A stretch of 63,200 nt of DNA, the filler included, from Collodictyon triciliatum (taxonomy: Eukaryota), in NCBI GenBank assembly GCA_043381765.1. It is 20 parts of 20 records of this genome, joined end to end, with 100 filler letters (N's around TTAATTAATTAA, not from the genome) between each part and the next. Parts side by side here need not be neighbours in the genome. Positions count along the whole stretch, not along the records: positions 39,158 to 42,322 come from JBHJMP010007704.1; positions 42,423 to 45,580 come from JBHJMP010007705.1; positions 45,681 to 48,838 come from JBHJMP010007706.1; positions 48,939 to 52,096 come from JBHJMP010007707.1; 16 more parts are not named here. One strand, 5' to 3'. Each line of letters begins with the position of its first letter. Positions within the stretch are counted from its first letter, which is position 1. The notes under the pieces are model-generated. The model saw nothing but the letters and a program-made list of their open reading frames with translations. It was not told the DNA's origin and made no database searches. The position numbers were made by a program, and so were the translations under genes. Shown here in pieces: positions 39,158 through 51,951 of this stretch.

Positions 39158-39930
39158 TCCACTGAAGGAGAGATATCAGTGGTCCACTGAGGGTATTGTC
39201 CATCTGCTCAGGAGGAGCTAGGTCAAAAAAAAAAGGCTCCACTGAAGGAGAGATATCAGTGGTCCACTGAGGGTATTGTTCATCTGCTCAGAAGGAGCGA
39301 GGCAAAAAAAGGCTCCACTGAAGGAGAGATCAGTTATTCACTGAGGGTATTGTTCATATGCTCAGAGTGAGCGAGAACGAACGGTAGTACTCCACTGAAG
39401 GAGAGAAATCAGTGGTCCACAGAGTTTTTTTAGTTGCTCAGAAGGAGCGAGGTCAAACAATAGTACCCCATTGAATGAGAGTGATCAGTGGTCCACAGAG
39501 AATTTTTTTTAGCTGCTTAGAGTGAGCGAGAATGAACGGTAGTACTCTACTGAAGGAAAGAGATGAGTTGTTCACAGAGTTTTTTTTACTTGCTCAGAAG
39601 GAGCTATAACAAACAATAGTACTCCATTGAAGGAGAGAGATCAGTGGATCACTGAGGGTATTGTTCATCTGCTCAGAGTGAGCGAGAACGAACGGTAGTA
39701 CTCCACTGAAGGAGAGAGATATCAGTGGTCCACATATTTTTTTTTAGTTGCTCAGAAGGAGCGAAGCAAAAAAAAAAGGTTCCACTGAAGGAGGGAGATC
39801 AGTGGTCCACGGAGAGTTTTTTTTAGCTGCTCAGAAGGAGCGAGGTCAAACAGTAGTACTCTACTGAAGGAAAGAGATCAGTGGTCCACTGAGAGTTTTT
39901 TTTTAGTTGTTCAGAATGAGCGAGAACGGG
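39158..39930. repeat. ~78-bp tandem repeat, ~10 copies, with internal inverted repeat
   Basis: Core CTCCACTGAAGGAGAGA(G/T)ATCAGTGGTCCAC recurs near 39158, 39238, 39313, 39391 ... 39860. Confidence 0.93.
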
Positions 39931-40239
39931 CAATTGCACGCTTAGGAAGAGTGATCGATGGCCCTTCACAAGAGAATCATTTTTTATTTGATTCTACAAA
40001 CGCCTCAATAGGAAAATCGAAGCAAAAGAAGCTTGTAGAAAACAAAATAAAAAACAGTTTTGGAATCAAATTAAAGGAATATAGCTTAAGCTCTAGAGAT
40101 TCAGCAAAAATGGTTCGCCACTCTTAAGGAAAACTTCTAGAAAATATACGAGGAGGTTGTATATCTCAAAGGTTTTATAAGTGCTAACCCCGCAAGGAGG
40201 AAGAAACAGAACCCATTGATAATAGGAGTAATATCGATA

Positions 40240-41500
40240 TCTCCACAAGATAAATTTTCCGGGGATGATGGAACATCGCTGCATATATGAATGAACCGTA
40301 TAGAAAACTGTTTCCAAGTATATCAGACACCTGACCATAAACAGCTCTTCACTTTTTTTTTTATTTTTCCTATCAATTTTGTACAGGATGGTGGAGCCAA
40401 CAGCTAGAGGGTTAGGATCTGGCTGAGAGTGACCGCAGAAGCTTGGTGGGTCCAATACACGGAAGATGTGGAAAAAAGGCACGTAGAGAAATTAAATAGC
40501 CTCCAATAGTTCAAGGTAGCCATCAAAACCCATTTTAGAGGTCAGACAAAAGAATAGATGTTGCGAGAAAGATTGGAAAGTATCGCGTTCCAGGACCCCT
40601 TCGAAGAATATAACCAAAATTTTAACACTTTCGCAAGGGAAGTCCTAGAGGCGAAGGGGGTTTCCTCGGCTATGTTTTCTCTCAATAAACTGTTGAATAG
40701 AAACAAAAAAAAAACACTTTCGTAAGGGAAATTCTATCTACGAAGGAGATAGAAACGGTGCATCGGTACATCACTGGGCTTGGACCCGAGATTAAAGCGG
40801 AACTACACTTTCGCGAACCAAGAACACTGAGAGAAGCGCAGGAATGGGCAACAAATTATGAAGTAACCATTTTCCTTCACAAAATACTCAGATGAAGTAC
40901 CCACACACGATAAGAAAAGAAGAAATGGAAATACCAAGAGCAATCTGAGAAAGAGACAACCCAACAATATCAAGCCGGATTACTGAAGTCCTTTAGCAAT
41001 CTCCACCTCACGAAACACGAAGCTGTGAAGACAAGGAGACGAGTGAAAAAGACAAGGACATAAAGGATTAAAAAAAAACATTAAATCGCTGTTCATAATC
41101 GAAGTAAAAATTGGAAGAATGAATGCAACAATGCTGGTGGATTCAGATGATTCGGCAAACTTCATCTCCGAGAAATGCGCCCGAGATTTGAACCTATCAC
41201 CCATCGAGTTGAAACAAAGCTATACCGTCAAGTTGGCAGACGGAAGGACGCTTCAATGTAACAAGAAGGTCAGGAAAGTTGCGCCAACAGCTAAGTCTGT
41301 CGTAAATAAAAAAAAAGGTCAGGAAAGTTAATTTATCCACATTAAATTTTGAATCATATCTCCATCATTTAATAATGACCCTAGACATACACAAAGTCGT
41401 GCTAGGAATGACGTGGTTAGAGAAGATGAACTCGCTTATAGTTTGGAAGAGGAAAATAATTGAGCTTAGAGATTTGAAAGAGATAGAATCCAAATTAAAC
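40240..41500 (+). mobile_element. Degenerate Ty3/gypsy LTR retrotransposon gag-protease
   Basis: Gag: PQDKFSG..AEAWW..FKVAIKTHF..LRERLESI..EEYNQNF..YITGL..PRTLREAQEWA. Protease: MLVDSDDSANFIS..VKLADG..VVLGMTWLEK..IVW. Stops and frameshifts; catalytic DSG mutated. Confidence 0.85.
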
Positions 41501-41530
41501 TCACAACGTAACGGATCTCGTCGCCAGGTT

Positions 41531-42322
41531 GATTTTTTTAATCATTATTATTTCTTTCAATTTTGTGCAGGATGGTGGAGATGCTGGCTTTAGTTCGCTA
41601 GCCAAAGTTTGCATGGACGCTACTCGGTTTTCGGGTGGCCGGGGAGTAGTCGTAGTCAGGGCTGCATCTGCGATTTAGCATGTAGCTTGGGTCTTGTGCT
41701 CCCATGAGAGAGGCAAGGCGAGGTTGAATATCTTTCCTGGCCCCTTTCCACACGTCTCTTCTCACAGTGTCTGAATAGTACAGAACGTCCAGGTGGCGAA
41801 GAAAGCTGTCGAGGAAAGAGATTTGTATGATGTCATTCAGTCTGTTATCAGGAATGGATGGCTGGTTGTTGAGTCTTGCTTTGCGTGAGTATAAGCGTGT
41901 TATCCACATATTTCACAGCAAATGGCCTCGCGTCACTGTCCAGATTGTTTTTGAATCTGGACACAGCTGTTGCAGAGGCCCAAATATCGCCTGGATTGGG
42001 ATAACAGCTGCAGCCGTCTAGAGTGTCAATCGAAGAATCTCTGGCTGTTTCGTGCAGGTTTTGAGCGAAGGGACATTGCACAAATGTGTGCTCAATGGAT
42101 TCATCATCGTTGCTGCAAAGTGTGCATTGTTGGGAGAATTTGCTAGCTTTTGCCGCGTCTGTGCCTATCCATAGCTCCCTATTGGTGATATTAAGCATGA
42201 GAGAGCGGTGATTTCGAAGGACTTGCGGGGTTCGTGCTTGTCTCCAGCTCGCGGTGAGCGGGGTGTGGGTGATGCCTAGTGTTTCTCCCCACCGTTGATG
42301 TTTTGACTTTTTGTAAGTTGTA
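41531..42322 (-). mobile_element. L1-like LINE 3' end: zf-RVT, ORF2 C-terminus, short 3' UTR and A-rich tail
   Basis: LNITNRELWIG..CTLCSNDDESIEHTFVQCPFA..TVTRGHLL..MWITR..HANFG* (stop at 41598), then CCAGCATCTCCACCATCCTGCACAAAATTGAAAGAAATAATAATGATTAAAAAAA. Confidence 0.88.
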
Positions 42323-42422
42323 NNNNNNNNNNNNNNNNNNNNNNNNNNNNNNNNNNNNNNNNNNNNTTAATTAATTAANNNNNNNNNNNNNNNNNNNNNN
42401 NNNNNNNNNNNNNNNNNNNNNN

Positions 42423-45400
42423 TGCGACGAAGTCTGTTCCACACAAGACCCGCAAAGGCTCTCCGCTATGCCGAACGTCGACGAAGTCTGCTCCACGCAA
42501 GACCCACAAAGGCTCTGCACTATGCCGAACGTCGACGCAGCCTGCTCCACACAAGACCCGCAAAGGATCTCCACTATGCCAGACTGCGACGAAGTCTGTT
42601 CCACATAAGACCCGCAAAGGCTCTCCGCTATGCCGAACGTCGACGCAGCCTGCTCCACACAAGACCCGCAAAGGATCTCCACTATGCCAGACTGCGACGA
42701 AGTCTGTTCCACACAAGACCCGCAAAGGCTCTCCGCTATGCCGAACGTCGACGCAGCCTGCTCCACACAAGACCCGCAAAGGATCTCCACTACGCCGAAC
42801 GTCGACGAAGTCTGTTCCACACAAGACCCGCAAAGGCTCTCCGCTATGCCGAACGTCGACGAAGTCTGCTCCACGCAAGACCCACAAAGGCTCTCCACTA
42901 TGCCAGACTGCGACGAAGTCTGTTCCACACAAGACCCGCAAAGGCTCTCCGCTATGCCGAACGTCGACGAAGTCTGCTCCACGCAAGACCCACAAAGGCT
43001 CTGCACTATGCCAGGATGTGACGATGTCTGCCTTATACAAGACACACAAAGGCTCTCCACTATGCCGAACGTCGACGCAGTCTGCTCCACACAAGACCCA
43101 CAAAAGCTGTGCACTATGCCGAACATCGACGCAGTCTGCTCCACACAAGACCCGCAAAGGATCTGCACTATGCCGGACTGCGACGAAGTCTGCTTCACAC
43201 AAGACCCGCAAAGGATCTCCGCTATGCCGAACGTCGACGCAGTCTGCTCCACGCAAGACCCACAAAGGCTGTGCGTTATGCCGGACTGCGACGAAGTCTG
43301 CTCCACACAAGACCCACGAAGGCTCTCCACTATGCCGAACGTCGACGCAGTCTGCTCCACACAAGACCCGCAAAGGATCTGCACTATGCCGGACTGCGAC
43401 GAAATCTGCCTCACACAAGACCCGCAAAGGATCTCCACTATGCCGAACGTCGACGAAGTCTGCTCCATACACGACCCGCAAAGGCTCTCCACTATGCCGA
43501 ACGTCGACGAAGTCTGCCTCACACAAGACCCGCAAAGGCTCTACACTATGCCGGAATACGACGCAGTCTGCTTCACACAAGACCCGCAAAGGTTGTGTGC
43601 TATGCCGGAATACGACGCAGTCTGCTTCACACAAGACCCACGAAGGCTCTCCGCTATGCCGGAATATGACGAAGTCTGCCTCGCCCAAGACCCGCAAAGG
43701 CTCTCCACTGTGCGGAATACGACGCAGCCTGCTCCACACAAGACCCGCAAAGGATCTCCACTATGCCGAACGTCGACGCAGTCTGCTTCACACAAGACCC
43801 ACGAAGGATCTCCACTATGCCGGGCTGCGACGAAGTCTGCTTCACACAAGACCCACAAAGGATCTTCACTATTCCGAACGTTGAGGAAGTCTGCTTCACA
43901 CAAGACCCGCAAAGGATCTCCACTATGCCGAACGTTGAAGAAGTCTGCCTCGCCCAAGACCCGCAAAGGCTGTGCGTTATGCCGGAATACGACGCAGTCT
44001 GCTCCACACAAGACCCACGAAGGCTCTTCACTATTCCGAACGTTGAGGAAGTCTGCTTCACACAAGACCCGCAAAGGATCTCCACTATGGCGGAATACGA
44101 CGAAGTCTGCCTCACACAAGACCCGCAAAGGTGCTCCGCTATGCCGGAATATGACGAAATCTGCTTCACACACAACCCTCGAAGGCTGTGCGTTATGCCG
44201 GAATACGACGAAGTCTGCTTCACACAAGACCCGCAAAGGTTGTGTGTTATGCCGGAATACGACGCAGTCTGCTCCACACAAGACCCACGAAGGCTCTCCG
44301 CTATGCCGGAATATGACGAAGTCTGCCTCGCCCAAGACCCGCAAAGGTACTGCACTATGCCGGACTGCGACAAAGTCTGCTTCACACAAGACCCACAAAG
44401 GCTGTGCGTTATACCGAACGTCGACGAAGTCTGCCTCGCCCAAGACCCGCAAAGGTACTGCACTATGCCGGACTGCGACGAAGTTTGCTTCACACAAGAC
44501 CCACAAAGGATCTCCACTATGCCAGGATGTGACGATGTCTGCCTTATACAAGACACACAACCCTCGAAGGCTCTCCAATATGCCCGAATACGACGCAGTC
44601 TGCTCCACACACACAAGACCCACGAAGGCTCTCCACTATGCCAGAATACGAAAACCGTAAGTCTTTTGCAACCAGAAATTTTATTTTTCGCTTCGCTTTG
44701 ATTCAAGTAATTTGTTTAGTGCTAGCACACGCTTAGTCGATGTTTTTTTTTTTTTTCATAATTCATACGGTAGTTTATTCGTGTGTACAAAGAGCATTAA
44801 AATTGAATTTCTCTTGCGAAAATAGTGCAAATTGTGTCCGGCTATGTGAACATTCGAAGCCCAATTCCCTGTTTAAAGAACGACGATGTCTGCTTCGCAC
44901 GCACAACCCGCAAAGACTCTGCACTATACCGAATACGACGGAGCGTTTCACACACACAAAGAACCGCAAAGGCTCAGTACTATGCCATAATACGAAAACT
45001 GTAAGTCTCGCGAATTAAAAAATTATTTTAACTTCGCAACAAGCACTTTGATTTGTGCAAGCATACATTTAGTCGATGTTTTTGTTATAATTCGTATGGA
45101 AGTAGTCTATTCATGCTCAAAGGAGAATAATAGAATTTCTCTTGCCAAAAATAGCGCAGTCTGTGTCCGGCTATGGAGAACATTCGAAGCCCAATAACCT
45201 GTTTATCAAACGACGGAGTCTGCCTCACACAAAGAATGCAAAGGCTCTGCACTATGCCGAATGCGACGAAGTCCGCTTCACACACAATCCGCAAAGACTC
45301 TGCGCTATCCCCGAATATGACGAAGTCTGCTTCACACACAGAGACGAGCAAAGGCTCTCCACTATGCCGAACGTCGACGAAGTCTGCTTTACACACATGC

Positions 45401-45580
45401 AAGCAAGATTCTGTACTATGCCGGAATACCAAAACTGTAAGTCTCGTTCAACCAGAAATTCTATTTTTAGTTTCACTTCGAGCACTTTGTTTTGTGCAAG
45501 CACACACTTAACAGATGTTTTTATCATAATTCATATGGAAGATTTTTTACCATAAAGGTGGAAAAATTGAATTTCTCCTG
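42423..45580. repeat. 54-bp GC-rich tandem array (~41 copies to 44650), then higher-order units of repeat plus AT-rich spacer
   Basis: Unit ATGCCGAACGTCGACGAAGTCTGCTCCACACAAGACCCGCAAAGGCTCTCCACT. 1-nt deletion near 43710 and in-frame TAA near 42606. Spacer repeated at 44657, 45001 and 45437. Confidence 0.95.
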
Positions 45581-47349
45581 NNNNNNNNNNNNNNNNNNNN
45601 NNNNNNNNNNNNNNNNNNNNNNNNTTAATTAATTAANNNNNNNNNNNNNNNNNNNNNNNNNNNNNNNNNNNNNNNNNNNNTTACTTTCTTTGGGAGTTCC
45701 TTGCGAGAGGAGCTTCTTGGTTGGGTGGCGGTAATGGGCTGAGGTGGTTCATCGTCCTCGTCTTCCATGGCTTCGGGTGATGGTGTCCAGGAGGGTTGGG
45801 CTTGTCTTTCACCCCTGGACTGCGTGGGTTGCGAGGGTTTGCGGTTGGGTTTACCGTGGTGTTTTTCCTGGTGCTTGTCATGTTTTGTTGTTCAGGGGCA
45901 CCCAATATAGTATGAATCATGGCCTGTGCCTGTGCCTTATAGGGTCAGGGCTAGGGTTAGGGCTAGGGTTGGGGCCGTATGGGCCAACGCGTATTGTGGA
46001 AAGGCCGGATATAGCATAGATGGGTCTTATGTGGTATTAGATGGGGAAAAGGTATGGTGCCTGGGCAAGAAGGTTTGGGCAGATTCTTTTTTTTTTTTGT
46101 GATGGTAGGCAAGCGGGAAAGAAGGGTGCTGTGTGCATGGGTAGTTGAGTTGTTAATATAGAGCAAACAGTCACTACCGAAAATGGAAGCATATGGTGTG
46201 GCGTAGGAGGAACACAAGTAACGCAAGACGGTACATAAAAGGCAGAGAGGATGACTAGCGAAGAAGCGCAGCATATCGAAGAAGGTGATGAAGCAAAGGC
46301 AAGGAAGCAAAGGTGGTGGAGCAAGAGACACGGGTGCATGGCGTGGAAGGCAGATGGGAACAATGGGATAAAGTGCAAATATATGGCAATTGGCGTGCTG
46401 ATTGACAAGAATATGTGCAGATTGATGTGGATAGAGTAGAAATGATGAGAAACTCTCAGAATTATGCAAATAAATGTGAATAAATGTGAATAAATGTGAA
46501 TCGATGTGAGTTGCGGGAAATGGCACGCATTGATATGAGTAATGCTGTGCAAGAAAATATACTATTTGCATAAAAAATTAAAATCGCAGATAATAAATTA
46601 ATAGTATGGCACATCATCTACGATTGATACTGACTTTTTTAATTTTCATGTTACTTTTGTTGCATCAATAATGTTTATTTATGTTCATAGCGTATAAGGT
46701 TGATTCTATTATTTAGAATACGAGGGAAGTTAATTACAACGACGCTGGTATATTTCTAGTGAATAAGTTGGCCTCAAGACCTTTTATGCAAATGGATTTG
46801 TAGAATCGTATATGTCAAAAGAAAACTAGACCCGTGTGATTTGTTTTTATATTGTTTTAAAATCAAATCTTATGCACAATTCTTATAGTTCGATGAAATC
46901 TGGCCATGGATGATGTTGAAGTCTAGAATCTAGGTATTGTAGCAATGTATGTGATGAGATTATTATTGATGCTTACTAGGCGCATAGGAGGGAATCCTTA
47001 ATTCAGTTCTTGCTCCGACCTAACATGTAGCCCAATCCAACTTGTGTCACTATTTTGTAGCGAAGGCACAACTGTATTATTGGATTGTAGAAGAAAAGGG
47101 AATGCATCAAATACAAAACCTCCGTCATTTTGGACAAATTGAAAGGAAGAAAAAAAGAAAAGGTAATAGAAAGGCAACTTTGCTAAATCGAAATAAAGTA
47201 CAATATGGCTATGCACATGTTATTTATTATGATATATCGAACTTTAGGACGGTGTAGGTAGGTTAAATATAGGAATGCGCTAACGATAAATTGACAAAAT
47301 TTTTTAATTATCGATGAGTTTTATGTTCAACTTTATATAACCAGTTCAT

Positions 47350-47402
47350 TTTTTGTATGGCATAACCTCGCTGCACTTTGAATCGAATAAAGGGAAAAAA
47401 TG
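47350..47402 (+). mobile_element. Family-A short retro-insert, 12-bp TSD
   Basis: TAACCAGTTCAT at 47338 and 47403 flanks GTATGGCATAACCTCGCTGCACTTTGAATCGAATAAAGGGAAAAAA. Confidence 0.82.
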
Positions 47403-48941
47403 TAACCAGTTCATCTATTATAATCATTATTATTATTATTATTATTGCTATGATTTGTGTGTATCAACAACACCATCATTAATGCGTAAATATTGTTTTT
47501 TTATATAAAAATCGTCCTTGGGCTGCATTATCATTGTTGGCTCTTGAAGACCGCGATTATGCTTGCAGTGCGCAGTGGCTTATTTATGTCTCAAAATCTT
47601 ATCATGTATCATTTGTGAATGACTTATTAAGAAGAGTCGAATATTTGAGTAAATCAAGAGCCTCATTATTATTTGAGACGAAATGAATATAATATAAAAA
47701 GAGTATATATCATGGTTCGTGAAATAAATTATTTGTAAAATTCATGTTGAGCATATGATTATGTTAAAAAAATCCAGTATGATGAAAGTGAATAACTGGT
47801 TTTTGTGCCGGAAATACGGTTTATACTGCACTATCTACTACATATTGGTATTTGTGATTGATGGCTTACAGAAAAATGATTAGGCAAATTTACTAGAAAG
47901 AAACTATTTTTGAAGTTTATTTTATTGAAACTTAGCTATCTTTGATATATTTGTTTACTTTTAAAGGGCTGAGTTTGATTATTTGCTATATAGTTTATTT
48001 ATTTTAAAGCATCAGAGTGATATACTTTTATTACCAATGGTGACAATAACACGATTTAAAATAGTTACAAATATCCTTTGACATGCGTTAAACTTATGAG
48101 CAGGTTTTTTGGCATGCTTAAAATACTTTCGAGAGTTTTTTCTTCCTTCATATAGCATTAAGTTGTAGATTAGGGTGTATACATATTTGCAGTGTGGATA
48201 AATTTTGGTGAATTTTTTAATTGTAGTATTTGGCCCAAAATATATGTATGCTTGAGTGAGTATGGCTCGATAATATTATGATGGCAAGGTAGTATCTTAT
48301 TGCTATTAAGAATGGGCATTTTATGTTAAGTTAAGGAAAATATATAATCATTTTTTAGGTCTATGTTAAAATGTTCCATGTTTTTTTATTTTTTATACTT
48401 GAACACATAATTTGGTATTTTTGTCTTGCTTATATATCGATTAATTTGTGTTTCATCATGGTATTAATTCGTTTAATTACTGATGTATGATTAAAATGTT
48501 AAAAATAACTTTGTTTGCTAGACATATTTTTGGTTTTGAGTCAATTTATTTTCCATTGGCCATATTCTAATGCACATACGCGTAACATAACAAATACATC
48601 GATACTTGAATGATGATGAACATGATTAAACTTTAAGATTTGTTCGCCTAAGGCATAAAAAATAGTCGTAGGTTTAAGTCGACTATATTGAATGTGAAAA
48701 TGGAAGTCGTGTACAGTGCTGCTTGAAAATACCGAACTATTTGACGAAAACACACTTACCCCAGGTTACCAACCTCAATTTATTTGAACTTGATTATGAG
48801 CCTTCGTGCTTAAATAATTCCATATTTTAAAAAAAAGTNNNNNNNNNNNNNNNNNNNNNNNNNNNNNNNNNNNNNNNNNNNNTTAATTAATTAANNNNNN
48901 NNNNNNNNNNNNNNNNNNNNNNNNNNNNNNNNNNNNNNCAC

Positions 48942-49034
<93 letters not shown>

Positions 49035-49213
49035 TACACATACACACATACACACATACACACATACACATATACACATACACACATACACATATACACA
49101 TCAACATCAAACAGATCGTGTTGGATCTGCTCTCTGTGCTTCTCAGCAGCGCCGCCCTCTTTGCCCTCTGCCGCTTCGTCCTCCGCTCCCTCCGGCCCAC
49201 AACCGCCCGTCCC

Positions 49214-51951
49214 ATGGATGAGCCGCAGTCCCAAACGCAGCGACGCGCATATCTGACTTACGCGCGGATGCAATCCTCTCTCTTCCGCTTTCCGCAGCCC
49301 GTGGACGCGCCGCCCGCACAGACTCCGATTCAAGCGCGTCAGCCGCCACAGGTATTCGGCCCTTTGCAGCACGGCGTCCGCCTTCCGCATTCGCCCTGCG
49401 CAGTCACGCCTGCCGATGTGAATCTGCCGTCTGCCTTCCTGGTTGGCGAGCAGGGAAACAACGTTGCTTTGTCCGAGGCTGGCCGCAGGCTGGATTACAC
49501 GGGTTCGTAGGTTTCTTGGTTGATTATATCTGCTGCGTATGGCCTCATCAGAATACTCTCTTTATGATGTTTCTTGGTTTCCATGCCATTTCTTGTCCAT
49601 ATATATCCTGGATATAAGCGAATGAAGCTGTTTATTTTTATCTCATTTTGCAAATGAGATTGCCACAATTACACCAGAATATTCCTTAATACCCAAAATA
49701 CAAAGCCTTTTACATATTTCCGCTTTGTTCCGGAGCTATTCTTTGACTGTCTGAACATATCTCGTCAATTTTTTTATATGTTCTATTTTTACAACTTAAT
49801 TTTTCTTGAAGGACAACCTCACTTTTTTATTTTTATATTCACTCTTTCAATCCCCCTTCCTATTCATTCGCTGGCTTCTTTTTTTTTTTTTTTTAAAAAT
49901 AAGGGGATTTTTTCTTTGGTAACAATTAGGAATAGGAAAGACAGATCAGGATTCCGTGATGGTCCGAACAAACTTTCCAATTCCAACGTCTTGCTCTGTA
50001 TATTATTTTGAAGTGAAGATTTTAGATAGAGGCAGAGATGGGTATGTGGTTACAACTTTATTTTATTTTCTAATTCTCTTTATTTTTTTCCAAAATACCA
50101 TTGCAAAAAATAATAATTTTGATATAAAGAAAAATACTGATAGACCCCTGATATAATTATATTATACAATATATGTCCTCTTTATAATGTTATACCATCC
50201 ATATACTTACTTAGGTACATCGGAATTGGTATATGTGCGCAAACCAGCCACTTAAACCGATTACCAGGTGAGGGGTGTCACTTACATACTTTGTGTCCCT
50301 TTTCCCCTTTACCCCTTTATTCATAAAAAAACACACATGACTATGGTGTATTGTTTCTTGAGTTTTTTTTTTTGGGTAAAACATCTTTATTAAATAAAGA
50401 CTAAAGGAGCGGTACTTATATTTGATATATCGATTTCATTTGCAATAGGTTGGGAAAGAGGCACCTATGGATACCATTGCGACGATGGTTTTTTGTTTAG
50501 GGGGAACTCTGCAGGCACACCATACGGACCCACGTATACCTCTGGGGATGTAGTGGGGTGTTGTGTCGACTACGCCAACAGCATCTTGTTTTTCACAAAA
50601 AACGGGATTAGTCTAAGTAATGATTATTTCTTTTTAGCATATAAGATTCTCCTGTGGGTTGATGAAGATTTTTTTAATATGTTCTTCAAACTATCCTCGT
50701 TGATATTCTTAATTTTTCAATACCACTTTCATAGTATTTCTTTTTCTTTTTTTACTGAGTAAGTGCTATCTGATACAAGTAATTTATTTACTATTCACCA
50801 TAAAATTCCAGATATTGCTACAAGAGATATAAAAACCCTTTACTTCCCTTGTGTTGGTTTAAGGACGTCGAAAGAGTCTATTATGGCAAACTTCGGACAA
50901 GAACCATTTGTATTCGATTTTGAGGGATATGTAGAGGTATTGACGTTTGTTTCATAATTGGTAAACTCGTAATAGTCAATCCTCATATCAACATTTTGAT
51001 ACAAGAGATTAATAACATCGACATGTTTCACTCGCACTCCCTTCAGATGCATATGCATTATCGATATTTATATTTTCAAAGCTGAAGTGTACCCGTTCAT
51101 TTATCTTTTCCTAATCTCTCATGTGTGTCGAACTTGCTACTATGTGTATATTCCAGTTTGCTTCGTGGTCGTATAATTGCTCTTCTTTTAGGAACAAAGA
51201 AGTCAAATACGGTCAAAAATAAAATGTGCTCAGCTGGAAAGAGGGCATGAAATCACATCTATGTTGGTAATTAACTACCTGGCGCATAATTGCTTCAGGT
51301 AATTAATAGTAAGCGAGGACGCATCGATATAATATGATATTTCAATACTACTCCATTATGAAATACAAGTTTAAAGTGCAAGAAAATTTGGTCTTCAAAG
51401 AGCGTTATATTAAATACAACCAAAATATCCGCCATCCTGCACAAAATTGAGAGGAAGAATAAAAAAATACAACCAAAATACTTATTTTAAAAATTCATAC
51501 ATATTGTATTTTATTAAAATCAAAGGATAACCACATCGTCGTAAAATAGTTTTTAATATTTTCCTTTTACAAATATCTTAACCTGAAAATGTCACCTTAA
51601 AATCAGAGAGCTATACCATATTTCAAATTAAAATTATTATCAAAATTATATTACCTCTTTCGCGTAGCAAAACGTTGGAAAGGCTTAGTAAAGATACTGG
51701 TAAATATGATTTGTTAAAAAGCCGAATCGAGTCCTCGATGATGAGGAAACGTAAGATTTTTTTCTGGGATTTGATTATAATAAGAAGGGGGTTTTTTTTT
51801 TGAAGAATAGATGCCAACATCCTTACTATAATGGTACAATACAATAGAAATTATTGAAAGCGTAATGGATGGAGATTACGAGCGTACCATATCCATGATA
51901 AATAGTCAATATCCAAATCTTCTGGAGGAGCAGAAAATTGTGCTCTTCATG
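49214..51951 (+). CDS. RanBP9/RanBP10 (GID1)-like SPRY-LisH-CTLH protein, 3'-partial
   Basis: [88 protein letters not shown]. LisH LVINYLAHNCFSKT; CTLH RKQIIESVMDG. Confidence 0.92.
51428..51464 (+). mobile_element. Family-B short retro-insert in a RanBP9/10 intron, perfect 16-bp TSD
   Basis: AAATACAACCAAAATA at 51412-51427 and 51465-51480 flanks TCCGCCATCCTGCACAAAATTGAGAGGAAGAATAAAA. Confidence 0.88.

Noticed and set aside
39158-39930. CRISPR-like array (palindromic ~31-nt repeat with ~45-nt spacers)
   Set aside because: Spacers are variants of each other rather than unique, there are no cas genes, and the context is eukaryotic.
39158-39930. Tandem hammerhead ribozymes
   Set aside because: CTGAAGG does not match CUGANGA, and no correctly placed GAAA/UH core exists on either strand.
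42371-44706. Long overlapping ORFs on both strands as real genes
   Set aside because: An expected by-product of a stop-poor 54-bp unit. The reading frame switches at ~43710 and no domain is recognisable.
46700-47100. Possible exon remnants in contig 15 (likewise 38540-38960, 52340-52560 and 62700-62950)
   Set aside because: Splice-like signals are present, but they contain stops or lack recognisable homology, so no product call can be supported.
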